Positions 23,961-35,249 of a stretch of 64,000 nucleotides of DNA are shown here, in pieces. The notes beneath the pieces were generated by a model that searched no databases, had not been told where the DNA came from, and saw nothing but the letters and a program-made list of their open reading frames with translations. Origin of the DNA: Eledone cirrhosa (Eukaryota); the NCBI GenBank assembly GCA_964016885.1, contig OZ024741.1:413168001-413232000 (forward strand). Reading direction: 5' to 3'. Each line of letters opens with the position of its first letter. Within the stretch, counting starts at the first letter, position 1. Both the position numbers and the translations under genes were made by a program.

Positions 23961-24587
23961 AAATGGAAAAAATGAAACGAAATTTCATTTCTCACTCTTA
24001 GTACGGCTGTTACTTAAATATAAGTATGTATGTGTACATTGTACATACATATATGTATACAGACGTACAGTAGTATGTATATATATACATACATGCACAC
24101 ATATATGTATGTACGTATGGATTTACCGAACATTTATTATAATGCTCGGTTTGTTTGTAAACAAACATCCCGAATTAAGCCATACAGTGTTTAGCAACCA
24201 TCGTTGCCCTTTTGTTCAACACTGACAAAGGAACGATGTACTAGTTTCAAGCTCATTAGCTATCGTCAGCACCGTATACTTTCCTGCCAGATGATTGAAC
24301 GTCTGAAAGTATATACTTTCCTTATGCATATTAACGGCTGAGCAGCCTAATTTGCATCTCGAGTGAGTTAATCGGCCGGGCGCACCGAAAACGATAAATG
24401 GAAAAAATGAAACGAAATTTCATTTCTCACTCTTAGTACGGCTGTTACTTAAATATAAGTACATACATGCACACACATATATATATATGTACGTATGGAT
24501 TTACCGAACATTTATTATAATGCTCGGTTTGTTTGTAAACAAACATCCCGAATTAAGCCGTACAGTGTTTAGCAACCATAGTTGCCC
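23961..24587 (-). mobile_element. Family C element, ~1.4 head-to-tail monomers (period 435 nt); HHR at 24234-24274
   Basis: AAATGGAAAAAATGAAACGAAATTTC at 23961 and 24396; cggtg CTGACGA t-agct-aatg-agct-t GAAA cta GTA catcg. Confidence 0.85.
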
Positions 24588-25295
24588 TCATATAAATGGG
24601 AGGGCCTTAAACCTCATATATCTTGGGAGGGCCTTAAACCTCATATAACTTAGGAGGGCCTTAAACCTCACATATCTTAGGGCCTTAAACCTCATATAAC
24701 TTGGGGTCTTAAACCTCATATATCTTAGGGTCTTAAACCTCATATAACTTAGGAGGACCACAAACTTCATATAACTTGGGGCCTTAAATCTCATATAACT
24801 TAGGAGGACCTTAAACTTCATATAACTTGGGTCCTTAAACCCCATATTACTTAGGAGGGCCTTAAACTTTATATAACTTGGGTCCTTAAACCTCATATAA
24901 CTTGGGAACGCCTTAAACCTCATATAACTTGGGAGGACCTTAAACCTCATATAATTGGGAGGGCCTTAAACCTCATATAACTTGGGACCTTAAACCTCAT
25001 CTAACTTGTGACCTTAAACCTAATATAACTTAGGACCTTAAACCTCATATAACTTGGGAGGACCTTAAACTTCATATAACTTAGGAGGACTTTAAACCTC
25101 ATATAACTTAGGAGGACCTTAAACTTCATATAACTTGGGACCTTAAACCTCATATAACGTGGGAGGGCCTTAAACCTTATATAACTTGGGACCTTAAACC
25201 TCATATAACTTGGGAGGGCCTTAAACCTCATATAACTTGGGGGCTTAAACTTCATATAACTTGGGAGGGCCTTAAACCTCATATAACTTGGGACC
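24588..25295. repeat. 27-30-bp minisatellite (CCTTAAACCTCATATAACTTGGGAGGG)n
   Basis: About 24 tandem copies. Confidence 0.95.
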
Positions 25296-25319
25296 TCAGC
25301 TGGTGAATGTTCAGCCCTG

Positions 25320-25570
25320 AGGTCAACCTCTGCTTTGTCAGTGTAATTGGGTAGATAGAGTCTGTGAGGAAGTCTGTAGGGTGGACTATAGCTGTAAAGG
25401 ACCTGTCTTTCCACACACTGTGTCACACTGAATCTCCCTGAGAATTATGTTAGCGGTAACTATGGATGTAGAATGCTTAGGCACTTCCACGTTAATTTCA
25501 TGAGCAAGCTGTTCCATTGATTAAACTAGTGGAACACTCTTCCTTGCAACTGACTGAGGTCCATCAATGC
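25320..25570. mobile_element. Decayed SINE-like fragment
   Basis: GTCACACTGAATCTCCCTGAGAATTA block shared with ~18765-18805. Confidence 0.4.
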
Positions 25571-25571
25571 A

Positions 25572-26125
25572 CGTATGTGTATATATATGTGTATATGCGT
25601 GTGTGTGTATATGTGTGTGTACATGTGTATATGTACATGTGTGTATATATATATATGTGTATATGTGTGTGTATGTGTGTATATGTATATATATGTGTGT
25701 ATATGTGTGTATATGTATGTGTGTGTATATGTGTGTGTGTGTGTATATGTATGTGTGTCTATATGTACAAATGTATATGTATGTGTGTGTATATGTGTGT
25801 ATATGTATGTGTGTGTATATGTACAAGTGTATACGTATGTGTGCTTTCTCTACCACTATAAACACTATACTAAATATCTGTATGTTTATGTATGCGTGTT
25901 TATGTCTATGAATCTATGTATGTATGTTTATGAATATATATGTGAATGTATGTCTGTGCATGTGTGTGTTTGTACATGTGCATATATATATATGTATATG
26001 TGTGTATGTTTATATATATGTATATGTATGCTTGGTTTCTTCACTACCACCAACACCAGCTCTGCTACTGTAAATATGTGTATGTCTACATTTATATTTG
26101 TATGTATGCAATATATATGTATACG
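25572..26125. repeat. TG/TA low-complexity tract
   Basis: Direct reading. Confidence 0.93.
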
Positions 26126-26174
26126 ATGCTCCTCCTCCCACCACTTACACGCTAACCCCCTCCCCCACCACAAG

Positions 26175-29100
26175 TACCACCATAACCACCACCACTACCA
26201 CTACCATCACCACCACCACCACCACTACCATCACCACCACTACCACTACCATCACCACCACCACCACCACTACCATCACCACCACTACCATCACCACCAC
26301 CACCACTACCATCACCACCACTACCATCACCACCGCTACCACTACCATCACCACCACTACCATCACCACCACTACCATCACCACCACTACCATCACCACC
26401 ACCACCACTACCATCACCACCGCTACCACTACCATCACCACCGCTACCACTATGATCACCACCACTACCATCACCACCACTACCATCACCACCACTACCA
26501 TCACCACCACTACCATCACCACCGCTACCACTACCATCACCACCACTACCATCACCACCACTACCATCACCGCCACCACCACTACCATCACCACCACCAC
26601 CACTACCATCATCACCACTACCATCACCACCACTAAATCACCACCACTACCATCACCACCACCACCACTACCATCACCGCCACCACCACTACCATCACCA
26701 CCGCTACCACTACCATCACCACCACTACCATCACCACCACTACCACTACCATCACCACCACTACCATCACCACCGCTACCACTACCATCACCACCACTAC
26801 CATCACCACCACTACCATCACCACCACTACCATCACCACCACCACCACTACCATCACCACCGCTACCACTACCATCACCACCGCTACCACTATGATCACC
26901 ACCACTACCATCACTACCACTACCATCACCACCACTACCATCACCACCACTACCATCACCACCGCTACCACTACCATCACCACCACTACCATCACCACCA
27001 CTACCATCACCGCCACCACCACTACCATCACCACCACTACCATCACCACCACCACCACTACCATCATCACCACTACCATCACCACCACTAAATCACCACC
27101 ACTACCATCACCACCACCACCACTACCATCACCGCCACCACCACTACCATTACCACCGCTACCACTACCATCACCACCACTACCATCACCACCACTACCA
27201 CTACCATCAGCACCACTACCATCACCACCACTACAATCACCACCACTACCATCACCACCACCACCACTACCATCACCACCACCACCACTACCATCACCAC
27301 TGCTACCACTACCATCACCACCACTACCATCACCACCACTACCATCACCACCACTACCATCACCACCACTACCATCACCACCACCACCACTAACCATCAC
27401 CACCACTACCATCACCACCACTACCATCACCACCACTACCATCACCACCACTACCATCACCACCACTACCATCACCACCACCACCACTAACCATCACCAC
27501 CACTACCATCACCACCACTACCATCACCACCACTACCATCACCACCACTCCCATCACCACCACCACCACTACCATCACCACCACTACCATCACCACCACT
27601 ACCATCACCACCACTCCCATCACCACCACCACCACTACCATCATCTCTACTACCATCATCACCACTACCATCACCACCACTACCATCACCACCACTCCCA
27701 TCATCACTACCACCACTACCATCACCACCACTACCATCACCACCACTACCATCACCACCACTCCCATCACCACCACCACCACTACCATCATCTCTACTAC
27801 CATCATCACCACTACCATCACCACCACTACCATCACCACCACTCCCATCATCACTACCACCACTACCATCACCACCACTACCATCACCACCACTACCATC
27901 ACCACCACCACTACCATCACCACCACTACCATCACCACCACTACCATCACCACCACCACCACTACCATCACCACCACTACCATCACCACCACCACCACTA
28001 CCATCATCACCACTACCATCACCACCACTAAATCACCACCACTACCATCACCACCTCCACCACTACCATCACCGCCACCACCACTACCATTACCACCGCT
28101 ACCACTACCATCACCACCACTACCATCACCACCACTACCACTACCATCAGCACCACTACCATCACCACCACTACAATCACCACCACTACCATCACCACCA
28201 CCACCACTACCATCACCACCACCACCACTACCATCACCACTGCTACCACTACCATCACCACCACTACCATCACCACCACTACCATCACCACCACTACCAT
28301 CACCACCACCACCACTAACCATCACCACCACTACCATCACCACCACTACCATCACCACCACTACCATCACCACCACTACCATCACCACCACTACCATCAC
28401 CACCACCACCACTAACCATCACCACCACTACCATCACCACCACTACCATCACCACCACTACCATCACCACCACTCCCATCACCACTACCACCACTACCAT
28501 CACCACCACTACCATCACCACCACTACCATCACCACCACTCCCATCACCACCACCACCACTACCATCATCTCTACTACCATCATCACCACTACCATCACC
28601 ACCACTACCATCACCACCACTCCCATCATCACTACCACCACTACCATCACCACCACTACCATCACCACCACTACCATCACCACCACTCCCATCACCACCA
28701 CCACCACTACCATCATCTCTACTACCATCATCACCACTACCATCACCACCACTACCATCACCACCACTCCCATCATCACTACCACCACTACCATCACCAC
28801 CACTACCATCACCACCACTACCATCACCACCACCACTACCATCACCACCACCACCACTACCATCACCACCACTACCATCACCACCACTACCATCACCACC
28901 ACTACCATCACCACCACTACCATCACCACCACCACCACTACCATCATCACCACTACCATCACCACCACTACCATCACCACCACTACCATCACCACCACTA
29001 CCATCACCACCACTACCATCACCACCACTACCATCACCACCACCACCACTACCATCATCACCACTACCATCACCACCACTACCATCACCACCACTACCAT

Positions 29101-29515
29101 CACCACCACCACCACTACCATCACCACCACTACCATCACCACCACTACCATCACCACCACTACCATCACCACCACTACCATCACCACCACTACCATCACC
29201 ACCACCACCACTACCATCACCACCACCACCACTACCATCACCACCACTACCATCACCACCACTACCATCACCACCACCACCACTACCATCACCACCACCA
29301 CCACTACCATCACCACCACTACCATCACCACCACTACCATCACCACCACCACCACTACCATCACCACCACCACCACTACCATCACCACCACTACCATCAC
29401 CACCACTACCATCACCACCACCACTACCATCATCACCACTACCATCATCACCACTACCATCACCACCACTACCATTACCACCTACCACCATCACCACACC
29501 ACCAACGCCACCACC
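26175..29515. repeat. (CAC/TAC/CAT)n tract with 12-bp motif CACCACTACCAT and internal block duplications
   Basis: The rare marker ACTAAATCACC recurs at ~26632, 27088 and 28028. Confidence 0.97.
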
Positions 29516-29611
29516 ACAAGTACCCCCCCCCCTCCACCACCATATATTTACCAAGAAACCTGTTTCAAAGTAAAACTATTGAAAACAAAAAACTTACAAA
29601 AACCTGTGAAC

Positions 29612-29625
29612 GTTACCATAGCAAC
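29612..29625. promoter_or_regulatory. Candidate RFX X-box GTTACCATAGCAAC
   Basis: Close match to the GTNRCCATRGYAAC consensus in a short unique island; sequence match only. Confidence 0.35.
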
Positions 29626-29894
29626 TGTTGTTGATCTACTTGTGGTTGTTGTTTAACCCTTGGTCGACCTTCTTTCAGCAACACATATCATCATCATCAT
29701 CATCATCATCATCATTATTATTATCATCATTATTTGTTATGTCCCTATTCCCAGTCTAGCATGGGTTTGACAGGTTCACCCATCACTCTATCTCTCTACT
29801 TGTCACATTCCTTCTCTGAGTCTCACTTATTTGATGTCAGCTTTTCACCTCTGCCCAGGTCTTCCTCTACTGTAGCTTCCTTCCACTGGTAGGA

Positions 29895-30473
29895 GTGGTG
29901 GTGGTGGTGGTGGTGGTTGTGGTGGTGGTGGTGGTTGTAATGGTGGTGGTGGAAGTGGTGGTGGTGGTGATGTGGTGGAAGTGGTGGTGGTTGTGGTGGT
30001 TGTGGTGGTTGTGGTGGTGGTGGTGGTTGTGGTGGTAGTGGTGGTGGTAGTGGTGGTTGTGCTGGTGGTAGTGGTGGTAGTGGTGGTGGTGTTAGTGGTG
30101 GTTGTGGTGGTGTTAGTGGTGGTTTTGGTGGTGGTAGTGGTGGTAGTGGTGTTAGTGGTGGTTGTGGTGGTGATAGTGGTGGTTGTGGTGGTGGTAGTGG
30201 TGGTGGGGGTGTGGCGGTGTGTATGTTGTGATACTATGTTGTTGTGATAGTGGCAATGATTGTGGTGGTGGTGGTGGGGGTGATAAAGGTGGTGCTGATA
30301 GTGGTGGTGGTGGTGGTGGTGGTGGTGGTGGTGATGAAGGCGGTGCTGATAGTGGTGGTGGTAGTGGTGGTGTGGCGGTGTGTATGTTGTGATACTATGT
30401 TGTTGTGATAGTGGCAATAATTGTGGTGGTGGTGGGGCTGATGAAGGCGGTGCTGATAGTGGTGGTGGGGGTG
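29895..30473. repeat. (GGT)n tract with a duplicated block
   Basis: Direct reading; GTGGCGGTGTGTATGTTGTGATACTATG occurs twice (~30210 and ~30372). Confidence 0.93.
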
Positions 30474-30574
30474 TAGGACAGAACAAAGGAGGGACACAAA
30501 ATAAGAAGATTAGTCACAGGATGTGTGAAGAAAGAGCTATGATGATATATAAACAACTGGACATTTATAATATA

Positions 30575-30746
30575 ATTGTTTCTACTTTAGGCACAAGGCC
30601 AGCAAAACCCAGTGCATTACTGGTACTTTATTTTATTGACCCCGTAATGATTAAAGGCAAAGTCAACCTCGGCGGGGTTTGAACTCAGATCGTAAAGGGA
30701 CATAACTATGCTGGAAAGCATGGCGTCCCACCCTCTACTGCCAATC
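30575..30746 (-). mobile_element. tRNA-derived SINE (same family as 14250, 34657)
   Basis: Shared TTGTTTCTACTTTAGGCACAAGGCCAGCAA...TTTGAACTCAGA. Confidence 0.75.
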
Positions 30747-30759
30747 AATAAGGGCTTTA

Positions 30760-30881
30760 TTCGCAGTGCTTACAATTGTTTCTTTAATCACGTATGTCTA
30801 GAGTTCGCTAATCGCTAGATGTTGCGTCAATCGAACTCCAATACTTTGTTTATAACCAGTTAATTCATCAGAGCGAGCGAA
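30760..30881 (-). ncRNA. Type I hammerhead ribozyme with long stem II insert
   Basis: ttcgc-tc-gct CTGATGA a-ttaa...ttaa-a GAAA c-aatt-GTA agc-act-gcgaa. Confidence 0.7.
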
Positions 30882-31900
30882 TGTGAGGATAATATACAAG
30901 GCATGGCTTTTATAGAGGAGTGGTATTAGACCAGAACAATAATATCAATAACAAAATAACTAGATACTGAATAGTTAAATTAATAACATCAATATAAGTG
31001 AGAAATAGAATATAATGATAAAATGATAAAACTAGCATGGTAACCGAACTGATATGATACAGATGTATGAAGTTGACATGTGAAAACTACAATAGGTTAC
31101 TTTAGACGTAGTTTTTGAGGGATGAAGAGATAACTAATAAAATGTACGCAGAGTCAGATTTTTGGAATCTGCCCCTTTAAGTGCAATTATGAGTGATCTA
31201 GATACAAGTGTGCTGTGGTTCTAAAGGCACGCTAGCAATAAACCGGAGATTGATTTATGGTCTGATAGATAAGTATTTTCGTTGTATTAACTTAGTTATA
31301 TTGATAGAGTGAGTGTATAAAGATATATGGTTCTTAGGTAGTATTAAGTGAAATTGTAGATTCAGTATTTTAAGGTTTAGGTGGCTTATTTTAAATGTTG
31401 GGATTGCTAGTTCGAATCATGGGGGTTTAGTTTTCACAACTTCGATGACAAATAGCGTATACTTAAGACAATAAATCAACAATAAAATACGCATGGTAAA
31501 TAGATAGAGAACATGATGAACAAAATTAGGGATAGGGTACATTGAGATGATCATAATAGTAATAAGAAGAAAATAAGAGTTTCAAGGAGTGTAAGGGTAA
31601 TAAAATAATGTACTTAGAATTAAGTTCATCTGTTAGAGATCATGGGTGCTAATATGAGATATGTAGATATAATTGTTTGGTCCAAAAGAATAAACAACAG
31701 CAAATGCTAGATTGATTTATGGGCTGACATGATAAATGGTAGATGTTTGTAGATATTACTGCCTGATCTTGGTGGTATAGATGTAGGGAGGCTGGAAGAT
31801 GTTTATAAAAGATGATTCTGAGGTGGGCTGTGCGAGAATGCGGATTTCATACGTTAAATTCTAAGTGATTTTCCATTAAGTTCGGGGATGCTGGTTCGAA

Positions 31901-32149
31901 TCACGGTGGTTTAAATCTCATAAATTTAGTACCAATCCTATGCCTGCAGAAAATTGACTTTTCTATTTTGCTGTTAAGCAGCATTTTATCGTACCTTAAG
32001 ATATGTAGCAATTCAAGGTTGCAGAGCCCGCAATGGGACATACTGCTGCTATAGGCCTTTGCGGCCGCTAATTTCGACCAGCTAATATTGTAATCAAGTT
32101 TTTTGTCCTTAAGTTGCCAGATTTTATTGGTAAGGGTTGTGGAATTCAC
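31901..32149 (-). CDS. C-terminal fragment of PLE GIY-YIG endonuclease
   Basis: NSTTL..IW.LKD...YNI.W......AY....CGLC.LE...IL.....LLN......CRH pattern with CxxC..CxH. Confidence 0.75.
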   Translation of the reverse strand: MNSTTLTNKIWQLKDKKLDYNISWSKLAAAKAYSSSMSHCGLCNLELLHILRYDKMLLNSKIEKSIFCRHRIGTKFMRFKPP

Positions 32150-32338
32150 CAGTGCACGGTTCCAGTTACACCAGTCCAGCCTCCTGTTATTTCATAATAA
32201 TTAACTCTGTACTTGCACCACCAACAATACAAACGAAGACGTGTGAGTTGCAGTACGTCGAGTGCTCTCCCTAATATTACATCAAGGTTGACCATACGGA
32301 ATGACCAGTTCTATCCAGTGGTGAACCAACAAACCTAA

Positions 32339-32421
<83 letters not shown>

Positions 32422-32432
32422 TATATATATAT

Positions 32433-32687
32433 AGTGGTAGAACACTGAAAGGTAATATCGGTAGTGGTAGACCACTCAGTCCAGGGGAGGAGTTAGGTAG
32501 AAGTTGTTACACAACAGTTAGTTCACCATGCCGAGAACAATTGTTTCACCTTAGCGGATCCTCAGCTCGTAATGGACATGGTTATACGGAACTCTTCCGT
32601 ATAACCATGTCCATTACGAGCTGAGATCCGCTAAGGTGAAACAATTGTTCTTAGTATGGTGAACTATCTGTTGTGTAACCACTTCTA
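32433..32687 (-). mobile_element. Family G: 65-nt tail plus ~190-bp palindrome (centre 32593)
   Basis: Arms 32498-32591 / 32595-32687; TA-flanked. Confidence 0.85.
32532..32569 (-). ncRNA. Minimal type I hammerhead ribozyme (family G)
   Basis: cgag CTGAGGA t-cc-gctaa-gg-t GAAA c-aatt-GTT ctcg; stem I extended by accatgt/gcatggt. The opposite arm has lost one G of the core. Confidence 0.78.
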
Positions 32688-32704
32688 TATATATATATAT
32701 ATAT

Positions 32705-33179
32705 ATATTAATAATAGTAATAAATGGAAAATATCACTATAGCATCATCATCATCATCATTTAACGTCCATTTTCCATGCTAGCATGGGTCTGGATGGGC
32801 ATATTTATTTTATTATAATTATTTCAAGGATAGTAAATTATAGTATGCTTTCATCAGCTAAAATACAATATTTGATGTATAAGGTATACCCAAAGTATAA
32901 ACTTACAACATCAGCTTACAGCGAGCATGTCCACTGTAAGCTGACATTGTAAGTTTATAAACACTTCTTGAATTTTATTGTATTTTATCTGATGAAAGCA
33001 TACTATAATTTAGTATCCTTGAAATATGTATAATAAAATAAATATAATGCTATAGTGATATTTTCCATTTATTACTATTATTAATATTATAATAATCCAA
33101 ATATAATTTCCCTTGTAGAGTGCTTCATAACTGTTATGAACATAACTCTGTTGAACATTTATCAACAAAGCATATTACT

Positions 33180-33184
<5 letters not shown>
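32705..33184 (+). mobile_element. Family F fold-back (arms 32705-33087, centre ~32927) plus ~97-nt tail; left arm interrupted by a short (CAT)n RTE/SINE tail at ~32743-32800
   Basis: Reverse-complement arms; the inserted CATCAT..TTTAACGTCCATTTTCCATGCTAGCATGGG is absent from the right arm. Confidence 0.82.
32981..33040 (+). ncRNA. Type I hammerhead ribozyme (family F); mirror copy ~32806-32865 (-)
   Basis: tattttat CTGATGA aag-c-atacta-taatt-tagtat-c-ctt GAAA t-atgt-ATA ataaaata. Confidence 0.8.
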
Positions 33185-33214
<30 letters not shown>

Positions 33215-33218
<4 letters not shown>

Positions 33219-33573
33219 CCACTACCCCTACTCTATCCTCCCACTCCCACCAACACCACCCTCTCTCTATAAAGTTGGTACCACAACATCCAGTCCAAAT
33301 AAATGAGATAAATGAGATCAAGATCGACATCGTGTAGGTGTCACGAGAAAAAAAACACACAGTCCATGCTGTAATGTGGCCGTGTAGCTAACACGGTAAA
33401 AAGTTCCCAGTTCCACACTGTAAATGTGGTTGGTGTTAGGAAAGGGCATCCAGCTGTAGAAAACCTGCCAGACAGTCCTATATGAGCGAGACACGGTCAC
33501 CCAACCAGCCTTGCCTCAAGTGGGACAATTCCCATCTAACCCATGCTAGCGTGGAAAGTGGATGTTAAACGAA

Positions 33574-33608
<35 letters not shown>
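33215..33608 (+). mobile_element. SINE-like element with (GAT)n tail
   Basis: Homologous to 21382-21720 (reverse strand). Confidence 0.75.
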
Positions 33609-33609
<1 letters not shown>

Positions 33610-33634
33610 ACACACACATATATATATAGTATAT

Positions 33635-33977
33635 GGAGGCACATGGCTTAGTGGTTAGAGCATTGGCCTTGCAATCGAAAGATTGTCAGTTCAATTCTCA
33701 GACCGGGTGATGTGTTGTTTCCTTGAGCAAGACACTTTATTTCACATTGCTCCAGTTTACTCAGCTGTAGAAATGAGATGATAGGGACTGGGGTCCCTAT
33801 CATTCCACTGCAAAGTGGTCGTGGAAGCGCCACGGCAAAAAAGCACCCAGCACTCACTGTAAATGAGGTTGGTGTTAGGAAGGGCATCCAGCTGTAGAAA
33901 TTAAGCCAGAATCAGTTCCCGTCCCACCCTTGCAAGCAGGGAAAAAGCGGACGTAAAATGGTGATGATGATGATGAT
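33635..33977 (+). mobile_element. Full-length tRNA-derived SINE with RTE-derived tail
   Basis: A box TGGCTTAGTGG, decayed B box AGTTCAATTCT, CCTTGAGCAAG block, tail TGCAAGCAGGGAAAAAGCGGACGTAAAATG(GAT)n. Confidence 0.88.
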
Positions 33978-34102
33978 ATATATATACTGCAGAAACAATA
34001 CTGCTCTGTTTTACACGTGGTTACACTATAGGGAAAAATAAGATGTTTTTCATGTGGTTACACTGCAAGACTAACTTCTAAGCTATAAATCTCTTATTGT
34101 TG

Positions 34103-34656
34103 TAATCTACTACAACATACCATCCTGGTGTAAATAGTTCCATAATCTACCACAACATTCCATCCTGGTTTACATAGTTCCATAATCTACCACAACATAC
34201 CATCCTGGTGTAAATAGTTCCATAATCTACCACAACATTCCATCCTGGTTTACATAGTTCCATAATCTACCACAACATACCATCCTGGTGTAAATAGTTC
34301 CATAATCTACCACAACATACCATCCTGGTGTAAATAGTTCCATAATCTACCACAACATACCATCCTGGTGTAAATAGTTCCATAATCTATCACAACATAC
34401 CATCCTGGTGTAAATAGTTCCATAATCTACCACAACATACCATCCTGGTGTAAATAGTTTCATAATTTACCACAACATACCATCCTGGTGTAAATAGTTC
34501 CATAATCTACCACAACATACCATCCTGGTGTAAATAGTTCCATAATCTACCACAACATACCATCCTGGTGTAAATAGTTCCATAATCTACCACAACATAC
34601 CATCCTGGTGTAAATAGTTCCATAATCTACCACAACATACCATCCTGGTGTAAATA
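34103..34656. repeat. 40-bp minisatellite (CATAATCTACCACAACATACCATCCTGGTGTAAATAGTTC) x~14
   Basis: Near-perfect tandem copies. Confidence 0.97.
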
Positions 34657-35052
34657 ATTGTTTCTACTTTAGGTCAAAGGCCAGCAATTATACCAGTGTA
34701 TTACTGGTACTTTATTTTAATAACCCCATAAGGATGAAAGGCAAAGCTTACCTCGGCAGGATTTGAACCAAGAACGTAAAAGGCCGTAACTCTGTACTGC
34801 AAAGAATGGCGTCCGACCCTCTACTGGTACTGCCAATCCACCAAATCCTGTTGCTACAAATAGCACAAGGCCAGCAATTTGAAGGGAAAAGTTGATTAAA
34901 TTGATGCCCCAGTACATTACTGGTACCTTGATTTATTGATTATGGAAAGATGAAAGTCAAAATTGACCTCAGCAGGATTTAAACTTAGAAGATAAAGGAC
35001 TGTAAATAAGTTATATAAAGTATTATATCAGATGCTCTACCTATTCTTCCAA
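34657..35052 (-). mobile_element. Two adjacent tRNA-derived SINE copies
   Basis: Same blocks as 14250 and 30575. Confidence 0.7.
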
Positions 35053-35249
35053 CTCACGATGCTGCTGATGATGGTGGTGATGATAATGTCATAGGAAATA
35101 ATTTCACCAACACTGTTGCCTCTCAAGTTTATATTGATAGTAACTTAGTATCTAGTACTACTCTATATAGTTAGTACATTAGCGCTACACTGTATAGAGT
35201 CATAGTACCTTAGTCCTACACTATATAGAGTTATAGTACTTAGTACAAC

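Larger units (their letters stand above)
30750..32150 (-). mobile_element. 3' fragment of a second PLE (Hydra-clade-like endonuclease end, ~1.1-kb 3' UTR, terminal HHR)
   Basis: ORF fragment followed by a long UTR ending in an HHR and AATAAA. Confidence 0.75.

Noticed and set aside
24350-24357. Octamer ATTTGCAT as an internal promoter of family C
   Set aside because: A single 8-mer in AT-rich DNA is expected by chance, and no second copy is available to test conservation.
25575-30497. Mucin-, extensin- or Gly-rich-like ORFs
   Set aside because: Translations of (CAC/CAT/TAC)n and (GGT)n; open on both strands with frequent frame slips.
31885-31910. tRNA gene from GGTTCGAATC
   Set aside because: No A box or cloverleaf; it overlaps the PLE stop codon and its UTR duplicate.
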